Both the position numbers and the translations under genes were made by a program. The notes under the pieces were generated by a model. It was given only the letters and a program-made list of their open reading frames with translations, did not search any database and had not been told where the DNA came from. From Macrostomum lignano (taxonomy: Eukaryota): a stretch of DNA of 64,000 bases. The stretch covers positions 248,001 through 312,000 of the forward strand of contig NIVC01000732.1 in the NCBI GenBank assembly GCA_002269645.1, read 5' to 3'. Each line of letters starts with the position of its first letter. Within the stretch, counting starts at the first letter, position 1. Shown piece after piece: positions 21,501 to 31,426 of the stretch.

Positions 21501-21806
21501 GGCACCGAGGTGTTGCTCAGCATCGAGATGCGGCGATCGAAGCTGGCGCCGTACTGGGAGCCGGGCTGGACGGTGCTCGAGCAGCGCGGCCACTCGGTGC
21601 GCATCCGCCGCGCCTTCGGCATTCGGCCGGTCCGCTGGGTGCACGTGAACCGGCTGCGCAGGCGGCTCGCAGCCCAGGCCGATGCGGAGCAGCTCCGCGA
21701 GCAGCCGGTGACCCACGAGGTCGCCCCGGAGTCGAGCCAGGCCGAGCGGCGGTACCCGGCCAGGGTGCGGCGCCCTCCGGATTACCTCGGTGTGAGCGCT
21801 GAGTGA
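18472..21806 (+). pseudogene. pol: Gypsy pol (protease, RT, RNase H, integrase), disrupted in its 5' part; 19359-21806 remains open (815 aa)
   Basis: Protease LIDSGS, RT YMDD, RNase H YTDASNTG..EKECLAI, integrase H..H/C..C zinc finger and VAID..IHSDQG..GLVERGN. Stops at 18766, 19248 and about 19344, and a frame change after the protease active site. Confidence 0.92.
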
Positions 21807-22475
21807 CTGAGGCCATGGACTGTCAGAGACTGTGATTGAACCGATTTTACTGTCTGCGTTCCTCTTTTTACTCTACATTTCGCTAGCTGTGTCTCACTCT
21901 CATCTTTTTATTCCCTGTCGCTATGCTCCTTTTGTGGGGGAGAAATGTAAGATTTTATTCCTTGCCTTAGAGGCAGTCTGAACTGTTATTAATCGAGACA
22001 AATAATTAGCTGAATCATCGTGTTGATTTAATGTACGTTCGCTCTCTATGTACATCGCAGGCTTAACTTCAACTTGCATAAATAAAAAGCGATCACTGCC
22101 TCACGGGGCCTTCGTGTTTTTGGTGCTGCCAAATACCGCGTGTTACAAAGGCTCGGGTAGGACTAAGTAGCGATCGTATTAGGCATTAGGCATTAAGTGT
22201 TAAAAAATAATGAAGAGTTAAGCGCAAAGGAGAACAAATCGTAGTTGACATATAGCCTATTGCAGGACACCCTTGGTCCCAGGAGACGCCATAACTTTCA
22301 GGATTTTAATCAGAAAAACAGTGTCTTACTGCTCGGGCACTAACCGCTATCGTAGACTTTCTAAGAAAGTCGAGTAAAAAAGTATTAACGGTGAAATTCC
22401 TTAATTAGAACAATCATACCTAGAACAACTTGGTGGCATTTCGTGAGATCTATCATCAGAAGGAAGTAGTAGACC

Positions 22476-22779
22476 TGTTGTTGCGTAGGCTTTGTATTTA
22501 TGGTTTTTGTTGGTTATAGTTAATATAGTCACAATATGGTCACTTCCGTATATCGAGATATGTACGTCCCCGGGGCCCCGCCCCCCATTGTCGCTTAGTG
22601 TACATGCAATCTCAGCCCCACCCCAATCTTTTGTGTGTCATTTAGAAATTAAATATAAAAGGATCGATGGCTTTAGTTTGTTTTTGTGAGTGCGCGTTGT
22701 TAGCAATGGTCAAAACGTGCCGAGAGTTTGGGCAAAAGTTCTTTGTCTTGAGAACACAAATCTGGTAGCAGAGCGTGGT
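22476..22779 (+). mobile_element. Possible second LTR remnant with a tRNA-iMet-type PBS
   Basis: TGGTAGCAGAGCGTGGT at 22763-22779 shortly after ...ACACA, and TATAAAA near 22654. No downstream ORF; the LTR start is uncertain. Confidence 0.35.
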
Positions 22780-23286
22780 ACTGAGTTCTAATGTCGTTCT
22801 GACTTTCACTTTCAAGTTTTTCTTTTTACTCGAGCAATATGAACGGCATAAAACTCCTCCCTCGTGCGTCATCTGAAATACTTAATACTGCGTCATTGAG
22901 TGCATAAAATGTACTCGTAGTTGAACCCCCACCCCACATGAAATATATTAATAACCTTTAAAGTGGAAGCAGACTTTTAGGGCGACCCTGCACCAGCCCT
23001 TTACAATGCCGACATCAAGCACTTGTGGCTTTTTTGTAAGAGTGCAGCTATCCACAACTGCTACACTCCACTACGCTCTGATAACAGTGTAAATTTCCTA
23101 ATTTCCTAACGTAACGTAAACTAAATCCTATTTTTAATGGTCCCCAATTTACATGATCCTTCAAGGCAGGTTGGTGACACAAAGTGGAGCACAGGAATTG
23201 AATACCATAATTTATGTTTGCAAATTTTAAAAACGGGTTACTACTGAAAGTAGCCAAATGTACTGTCAAGTGGTATACAAAATTAA

Positions 23287-24363
23287 AGTAACATATTTAC
23301 TTTCAGCTGCCTCTTATTGGGCCTCCTCCCTGTATGCGAAACTTCAAACCAATCCGAGACACTGAAACAGCATGTCATCGGAAAATAGGTTTGTATTGGT
23401 TCTTTTTCAACTGCAGACGATAGTATGGAAATCCGTCCTAAAAGAATGACTTCAAAGCGGAAATTCCGTGTACTGGCCACCTGCAGCATAATAAAATCTA
23501 TAGCCTTTAAAGGCCATATGGAGGACACCCAATGAGAGCTGGGCTGTGGAAACTGTCGAAACGGTCGGATCTCGAGGTACATTACTTCAGCCACTCTCCT
23601 AGAGGCTGTTCAACTACACCACATCGCTTTCTGTGCAGAGCGACAGTGGAGACCAGCGGCTCTGACGCTCCTCGTCTTCGAACGCCAGTCAGCCGCTTCA
23701 TCAATGAAGCTGTGGAAGCTGGGAACTCCCGTGTCAAGCATGATGGCAGACAAGGTCGATGAGAGTAGCCCGACCCACAGATTCGCCCCCAGCAACGCTT
23801 CATGATCATACGTCCGCAGCTCAAAACATTTCGGCAAGCTACACAGCAGGAATATTCATAAAGCTTTTTGTTCAGAAAATGAGGGTTCTATGTTAATAAT
23901 GCATATTCTATGTACCATTGTACATGTCCTGTGCCTAAAAATCATTAAAATGGCACGGCTCGGCTCATTGGTTTTAAGAATCTATTTAATCATTCTTAGA
24001 CGACTGCGTACGGGTAACTATATGTGTGACAGAGATGATAAAATAAATGCATCAAACCAGAGATTCGAGCTGTGCCATGCATTTCAATGATTTTTTAAGA
24101 ACAGGAAATGTACGTAGAATAAGAAATTAACATGAAACCATCATTTTCTGAACAAAAAGCTTTATGAACATCAATAGAGCAATAAGAAAGGCACACAATA
24201 TCAAAAGATGAACACTGGATCTGCCTCCTATCAAAAGCAAAAACGATTTTTGTGCTGAAAAAAATGAAAAACTTCCTATCTCCGCAGTGTATTTTTCAGC
24301 GAAAAGTGGCCTTCAAAACTTTTCCCATGAAACGTGAGTGTCGCGTTCTGTATATACGTTGCT
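23287..24363. mobile_element. Non-autonomous palindromic DNA transposon (TTAA-type, possibly Kolobok-like), copy A
   Basis: TTAA|AGTAACATATTTA...TATATACGTTGCT|TTAG termini. Internal inverted repeat 23850-23888 vs 24132-24172. Right arm near-identical to 27040-27260. Confidence 0.55.
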
Positions 24364-24486
24364 TTAGTTGTCCTTGGTCTCAACTTTCAAGTGTGCCAGT
24401 GGAAGGGGCTTGCAGGTATCAATTAAAGAATCAACAACTTAAGTGCAAAGTCAAAAAGCTCACTGCTTGCCATGTACAAGTGCAGA

Positions 24487-25226
24487 AGAGGGCACCCGAG
24501 TTGGCTTGGTGATCAATGCATCCAAGAATGAAGTGCTCCACGTGGGCACTGCAACTACCCCTGCGCTAGCTCTACCAAACGGAGAAGTCGTCAAGGTGTG
24601 CGAAGACTTCCGCTACCTCGGCTCTCTTGTCTTGAGCCCTGACACCATTGTCTCTGACAGGAGAACTCAAGCCTGGCGTGCGGCACGCATGCTCAGGAGC
24701 ATCTTCAATTCAACCGCGCGCGACGATCTAAAGATGCGCCTTTTCCGCACTGCCGTTGAGCCGATTCTTCTGTATGGCATAGAAGCTGTACCGATGACTG
24801 CGACGCGACAGCAAGCCCTGGATGCCCACTACAGGTCGCTGCTCCGCTATGCCCTGGGTGTGCACTACCCTGATACAGTGCCGACCAGGGACCTGATGAC
24901 TGGCGCTGGTGTTCCCGCGCTCAGCTGCACTATCCGCAAACGCCGACAGATGTTACTTGGCCACTGCCTAAGAAGCTACGGCCGCGGCGAGCAAAATCCT
25001 CTGGCGCTGGCTCTCCTGCATCAGCCCACTGAGCGCCTGCGCCGTGGCCAAGGCCGAACTGTGACGCTATATGATACGTTTTTGACTGACTTGCAGGCCA
25101 TCGGACTCAGCCCCCAGTCCGCCATGACTTGCCCTTTTCGGTTGTTCTGCGAACGCGTCCGCGCAAAGACTAGCTAGATGTCTTTTTGTCTGTGCTTCTC
25201 TCTGCGTCGCTATATATATATATACA
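24487..25226 (+). mobile_element. 5'-truncated RTE-like non-LTR retrotransposon
   Basis: GLVINASK...CEDFRYLGS...LFRTAVEPILLYG...LLGHCLR...RRGQGR (RT thumb and C-terminus). (TA)n tail. 12-bp TSD TACAAGTGCAGA at 24475-24486 and 25227-25238. Confidence 0.9.
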
Positions 25227-25526
25227 TACAAGTGCAGACCTCTTGGTCTTACAAAACTGGGTAGCGGCTCTGCAGTTCTGATCGGAAGGCTGTCAAACAC
25301 GCTGTAAGCTAATGTGCTATCCTTTGAATGTGTTAATTAGGCTAACAGAATTAAAATTAAATGAACAAGGACAATTGTTGTAATCACTTTATCTCGTTAT
25401 TTCAAGGTGCTGTACTTTCGCTCAATAGGGGGGGGGGGAGATGGCTACATCATCTCGTCTTTAATATACGAGTAAAACGGCATCTGATGACCAATTCTGA
25501 TAAACCGTCTGATGAAAACTTCTGAT

Positions 25527-25720
25527 GAAGGGTCGGGGGTTCGATTCTCGACCCACTCGGAACAATTTGTGAACAAGACACTTAATTCTGCATTGCTTCA
25601 GTTCACCCAGCTGCAAAATGGGTGCCAGCATTGGCTGGGCTAATTGAGGGTGTATGTGGCGACCCCCCAGTCCTTGGACTGAACAGCCGTACGCAGCCTT
25701 CAGATGCGCCGCGCAATCGC
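25527..25720 (+). mobile_element. tRNA-derived CORE-like SINE, 5'-truncated copy
   Basis: B box GGTTCGATTCT followed by CAAGACACTTAATTCTGCATTGCTTCAGTTCACCCAGCTGCAAAATGGG; matches the 45316 copy. Confidence 0.75.
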
Positions 25721-26593
25721 AATGCACGTTTCTTGGAGCGATTGGAGCAGGTGTAATTAATTCTTATTATAAAATTATTATTATTCCTATAACCAGTGAA
25801 CTGCAGGCGGCTCAGATGAGTCATAAGTAGAACCGAGAGTTATACTATTTAACCATTAATTGAAAAGTAAAATTCTATAAAGTGTAACAGTTAAGGACAC
25901 GATTTTTACACAGGAAATTCACAATTGCAGATGATCAGTTTCCGACAATTTTGTGCTTCCAATTCCTCCAAGAGACGTTTTTAAGGATACAACTGCTGTC
26001 GCATCCTCGTCAGAAGAGTCCTTCATCCTTCATGGACGCTGACGTTCAAGACGAATTTGACTTGCTGAATCAAAGTTACTCAAATTTAAGTATACTCTCA
26101 GCAAAATTGAAAAGTCGCCACTCTATGCGCCAGTGAGCAATTTCTCTTGGACTATTATGAAATAAAAGATACTAGAAACTGCAGATAGGGGTAGCTTTAA
26201 TCCGTCCAAGCCTCGCACACTGCTCCCATCACTTCATTCCTCAACTCAAGTCTGTCGCGGCGTAGCTGAATTGCATCACTCGCAAAGATGGAGAGACTTT
26301 ACCTGCACTCTCAAAAGTGGCAACAACAGACTGTGATGGCGACTTTTCGATGTTGCGGAGTATACATTATCGATTCTGGTGTGCTCTGCGTCACACATAC
26401 ATAGCTCGTAGTAAAAATGTCATCATATAAACTTCTTTCTGTTAATATCAAAAAATAAATACTGTATATACGTTTCCATAAATTTGCTCTGATCGAGTGG
26501 GTGTCGTTGTTAATATTACTCAAATAATTAAGCAAATAAATTTTCCTGACTATATATTTACTGTGCATATACTATTTACTTAAAATCTTTTAA

Positions 26594-27271
26594 GCAACTT
26601 GTTCAGCCCGATCATTTCTTGATCTTGAGACTTAACTCAGGTTTAACTGAAAAATACATAAAGATATGAGGTTTTCATTTTTTCAGCACAAAAACAACAA
26701 CAACAACAACAATGAAATTTCTATTGCCTTTGATAGGCGGCAGACCAATGTTCAGCTTTTGATCTTTTGAGGAGTAGTTTCCCGTCATTCTACTTTGAGT
26801 AGCCATAGGCGCTGCAACGCTCATATTTAATTATCGAACTAAAGTAATGTACAATTTACGTGCCCCTGACACGCCCCATTGAATAATGGCAAAATCCATG
26901 AATTACACTAGAGAGTAATTATGTCTGTTACACATATTGTTACACAGTCAGCTAACAATGATAAAATAGATTCATAAAACCAATGAGCTAAGCCGTGCCA
27001 TTTCAATGGTTTATGGGCACAGGACATGTAAAACTGTTCGTAGAATAAGAAATTAACATGAAACCCTCATTTTCTGAACAAAAAGCTTTATGAATATCAA
27101 TAGAGTTATAGGAAAGGCACACAATATCAAAAGATGAATACTGAGTCTATCGAAAGCAAGAACAATTTTTGTTCTGATAAAAATGAAAATTTCCTATCTC
27201 CGAAGTATATTTTTCGACGAAAAGTGGCCTTCAAAACTTTTCCCATGAAACGTGAGTGTTGCTTACGTTGC
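26594..27271. mobile_element. Non-autonomous palindromic DNA transposon, copy B
   Basis: TTAA|GCAAC...GTTGC|TTAA. Left arm 26650-26775 is an imperfect inverted copy of 27120-27200. Confidence 0.7.
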
Positions 27272-28136
27272 TTAAGTTGTCCTTGTCCTTGGAACTTCCA
27301 GGCCAGGGGACGCAGGGATTAAGCACGCATTTTGAAACTGCTCTACGTGAACGGATTAATGGGTATATTTGATTATTGAAGTTAAGTGAGTACAGAATAT
27401 TCTCGAGGCTACGGCTATAGGCTAGATAAGACGGGCTCAAATCTACTCGCAATATGAATACCTACAACCACAAAGATGGACTGTGTGTGGCTACTCGTGC
27501 ATTTATCGTGTAAAAGCTCGCTACCATTATCCGATGTCACTATCCAGGAAGAGTTCGAGAAAGGAGCCAGTCGAGGGCAACAGAAGAGGCCTTCGATCGT
27601 CTGCACGCTTGTATCACTGCCGTCAAAATTGTCTGCGCTAAAAATTGTGTCACTGCCGCGTTTGCGCGCTTCTGCCAGTGCGTGCTAATCGCGGGATCCC
27701 AGGATTAGGCCCTAAATCCTAGATCCATTAGATTGACCGCGATCCCGTTTTGTAATAATTCAATCATTCATTCTCGAGCAGTAGTATCTGGAGCTGAGCT
27801 AATTGTAAGCTTAAAATCATAACCCAGTTGTCCAGCTTTGATTTATTAATCATTTAAGCATGCAGACTAGTGAGAGAAGGCTATAGGGCTGCAGGGATAC
27901 AAAACTGAAGCTGTTGGCAGATCGTAAGGAGATTTAATTAGTAATAATGCAGAACTACTTTAAGCAGTCCATACCTTCAAAATTCTCTGGTCGTAGTTGG
28001 AATTAGAACAGTGGAACCTCAACCCAAGCTACCAGTTCCCATCCAGGGCGGGTGCTCCTGGGAGGGTGATGTCTAATCCATTTCTTCCCTTGCATCAGTA
28101 CCTCGGGCCATAGCTCTGTAAGCTATCACTCCCCAG

Positions 28137-28290
28137 TAGGGAATACAAAATCCCGAGTTTTGCCAATCCTGGAATTTTCGGGATCGGGATATCCCGGAGG
28201 ACTTTGCCAATCCTGGAATTTTCGGGATCGGGATATCCCGGAGGACTTTGCCAATCCCGGGATCCCGGGATTAAAAAAGTTTCTAATCTA
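28137..28290. mobile_element. MITE-like fragment with AATCCCGGGATCCCGGGATT palindrome and a ~46-bp internal tandem duplication
   Basis: Starts TAGGG; a related end (GGGATCCCAGGATTAGGCCCTA) lies at about 27690-27714. Confidence 0.4.
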
Positions 28291-28590
28291 TTTTGGTGCA
28301 ATTTTCAATATGTTTCAATAACAAAGTAGAACAGAACAAAATATTTAGCTAACAATAAACTGACAGTGAGCTTTGAATCGGAGTGTGATGTACGGGCTGG
28401 CGCAATAGATGTGCTTTTTTACATGCCACTATCAGCTCAGGAAAATCACATTTCAGTCGTGAGTCGACGCTTTAACCACTAGTCTCAGACTCAGACTCAA
28501 TGCTAAATTAGCTATAATGGACTTAAACCAAAGATCATCTATTATGTTATCAATCGGCTAGGTACGCTATTCTATATATCTAAATCTAAG

Positions 28591-28605
28591 CTGTCTCTGT
28601 CTGTT

Positions 28606-28660
<55 letters not shown>

Positions 28661-28681
28661 ATGTCTGTCTGTCTGTCTGTG
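28591..28681. repeat. (TCTG)n microsatellite
   Basis: Directly visible. Confidence 0.95.
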
Positions 28682-28974
28682 CGATAGATAATAGAAAAAA
28701 CTTGCACCATTCGATCAGAAATTCTCCATGACGGTACATGGCTCGTGACTAAGAAATTGCTCAATGCTAAAGGGATTAAATATTCGAAAAACAAGCTTTT
28801 TTGCAAAGGTCAAGTAAAGTTTTCGACTTGAAATGCATTTGTAAGATTGCTAGAAAAAAAAATGACTGACTGAAGTTTGATTCTGATAAAGATTACATCA
28901 CAACAAACTTTTTACTTATTGTCGTTTTTTTACATGGCTGAATGTTCACACTGACTTGAATTGCGCAAGGGACG

Positions 28975-30860
28975 CAAGGCTTACAGCTGAGGGAATTTCT
29001 GGAATCTCAAGGCTTATTGGGGAATTGCTCAGATGTCCTGGCTTACTGTGGAATTGCTGGGATGTCGAAGCTTATGGGGAATTGCTCAGATGTCCTGGCT
29101 TACTGTGGAATTGCTGGGATGTCGAAGCTTATGGGGAATTGCTCAGATGTCCTGGCTTACTGTGGAATTGCTGGGATGTCGAAGCTTATGGGGAATTGCT
29201 CAGATGTCCTGGCTTACTGTGGAATTGCTGGGATGTCGAAGCTTATGGGGAATTGCTCAGATGTCCTGGCTTACTGTGGAATTGCTGGGATGTCGAAGCT
29301 TATGGGGAATTGCTCAGATGTCCTGGCTTACTGTGGAATTGCTGGGATGTCGAAGCTTATGGGGAATTGCTCAGATGTCCTGGCTTACTGTGGAATTGCT
29401 GGGATGTCGAAGCTTATGGGGAATTGCTCAGATGTCCTGGCTTACTGTGGAATTGCTGGGATGTCGAAGCTTATGGGGAATTGCTCAGATGTCCTGGCTT
29501 ACTGTGGAATTGCTGGGATGTCGAAGCTTATGGGGAATTGCTCAGATGTCCTGGCTTACTGTGGAACTGCTATGATGTCGAAGCTTATGGAGAATTGCTG
29601 GGATATCAAAGCTTACAGCTGGCGGAATTGCTGGAATGTCAAGGCTTACAACTGGGGGGGGGATTGCTGGGATGTCCAGGCTTACAGCTGGGGGAATTGC
29701 TGGGATGTCAAGGCTTACAGCTGGGGGAATCGCTGAGATGTCAAGGCTTACAGCTGAGGGAATTGCTGAGATGTCAAGGCTTACAGCTGGCGGAATTGCT
29801 GAGATGTCCAGGCTTACAACTGGGGGAATTGCTGAGATGGCTAGGCTTAAAGCTGGCGGAATTGCTGAGATGTCCAGGCTTACAACTGGGGGAATTGCTG
29901 AGATGGCTAGGCTTAAAGCTGGCGGAATTGCTGAGATGTCCAGGCTTACAACTGGGGGAATTGCTGAGATGGCTAGGCTTACTGGGGAATTGCTGAGATG
30001 TCCAGGCTTACAGCTGAGGGAATTGCTGAGATGTCAAGGCTTACAGCTGGCGGAATTGCTGAGATGTCCAGGCTTACAACTGGGGGAATTGCTGAGATGG
30101 CTAGGCTTACTGGGGAATTGCTGAGATGTCAAGGCTTACAGCTGAGGGAATTGCTGAGATGTCAAGGCTTACAGCTGGCGGAATTGCTGAGATGTCCAGG
30201 CTTACAACTGGGGGAATTGCTGAGATGGCTAGGCTTACTGGGGAATTGCTGAGATGTCCAGGCTTACAACTGGGGGAATTGCTGAGATGGCTAGGCTTAC
30301 TGGGGAACTGCTGGGTTGTCAAGGCTTATGGGGAATTGCTGGGATGTCAAGGCTCACAGCTGGGGGAATTGCTGAGATGTCAAGGCTTACAGCTGGCGGA
30401 ATTGCTGAGATGTCCAGGCTTACAACTGGGGGAATTGCTGAGATGGCTAGGCTTACTGGGGAATTGCTGAGATGTCCAGGCTTACAACTGGGGGAATTGC
30501 TGAGATGGCTAGGCTTACTGGGGAACTGCTGGGTTGTCAAGGCTTATGGGAAATTGCTGGGATGTCAAGGCTCACAGCTGAGGGAATTGCTGAGATGTCA
30601 AGGCTTACAGCTGGCGGAATTGCTGAGATGTCCAGGCTTACAACTGGGGGAATTGCTGAGATGGCTAGGCTTACTGGGGAATTGCTGAGATGTCCAGGCT
30701 TACAACTGGGGGAATTGCTGAGATGGCTAGGCTTACTGGGGAATTGCTGAGATGTCCAGGCTTACAACTGGGGGAATTGCTGAGATGTCAAGGCTTAGTG
30801 GGGAAATTTCTTAGACTTCAAGGCTTGGCTGGGGGAATTACTGAGATATCAAGGCTTAGT
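28975..30860. repeat. Compound satellite: 57-bp dimer x10, then 33/66-bp units, then 128- and 218-bp higher-order repeats
   Basis: Period 57 (29041 to 29098). Repeat-ORF starts spaced 128 bp (29998, 30126, 30254) and 218 bp (30254, 30472, 30690). Core GGAATTGCTGAGATGTC.AGGCTTAC. Confidence 0.95.
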
Positions 30861-31426
30861 GGAGGCGTGGCTCTATTCTTTAATATTTTAGCAATATTTT
30901 CATTTACCTTTTTGCACTCCCCGAACGGGCTGGATTGCTAGTATACACTAAAAGATTGAGACATGGTGTTGCTAATTAATTAGTCATTTGCTAGCAGATC
31001 CAATAGCCCCGTTTGCCACTAGTCTGCCAAGAAGAACAGCCATTTTGAAAAGACAAAAATACGCAACACAACAAAAAAACTAGGTTTATATAGTATTCAT
31101 CATCAAAAACGAGTCTTGCAACTGTTCCAGTGTATCTCGTACAACTCCACCCGCCAGTGTACGAGCGTACATTTCCCTCGCTGGGGCAAGCGGGGGGAGG
31201 AAAGTGCTTGCGCGACTAGTGTACTTTTTATTCTCTCTCCAGACTGACTGTACGGGTCACGCTAAAATATTTCTTGGAAATACCCAGTGCCTCTAAAATG
31301 GATAGAAAAAGCCGAAAACGAAAACTATCGGCTCTTAAGTCAGGACCTCAATTAATGTAAGACTGAAAAGTTTATTTAGAGCCTAAAAATCCTGGTTAAG
31401 CAGCTTACTACCGATACGAAAAGCTT

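Larger units (their letters stand above)
17504..22147 (+). mobile_element. Full-length, decayed Ty3/Gypsy LTR retrotransposon
   Basis: LTRs 17504-17703 and 21946-22147 (TG..CA; 5 substitutions plus a 2-bp indel). 4-bp TSD AAGG. PBS TGGTAGCAGAG (tRNA-iMet type) at 17706. PPT GGGGGAGAAA at 21936-21945. Domain order PR-RT-RH-IN. Confidence 0.97.

Noticed and set aside
19619-21816. Antisense and off-frame ORFs inside the Gypsy pol
   Set aside because: These are shadow ORFs of GC-rich coding sequence with no motifs of their own.
23532-23837. hAT or other transposase remnant
   Set aside because: Only a vague resemblance (FIDEAADWRSK); no catalytic motif could be supported, so it is left as unidentified MITE cargo.
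24443-24486. N-terminal part of the 244-aa ORF
   Set aside because: It lies outside the LINE boundary set by the 12-bp TSD and is chance read-through from flanking DNA.
28956-30941. Long ORFs (346, 239, 180 aa and others) in several frames
   Set aside because: They are translations of satellite units with lengths divisible by three, open in all frames, with no non-repetitive coding content.
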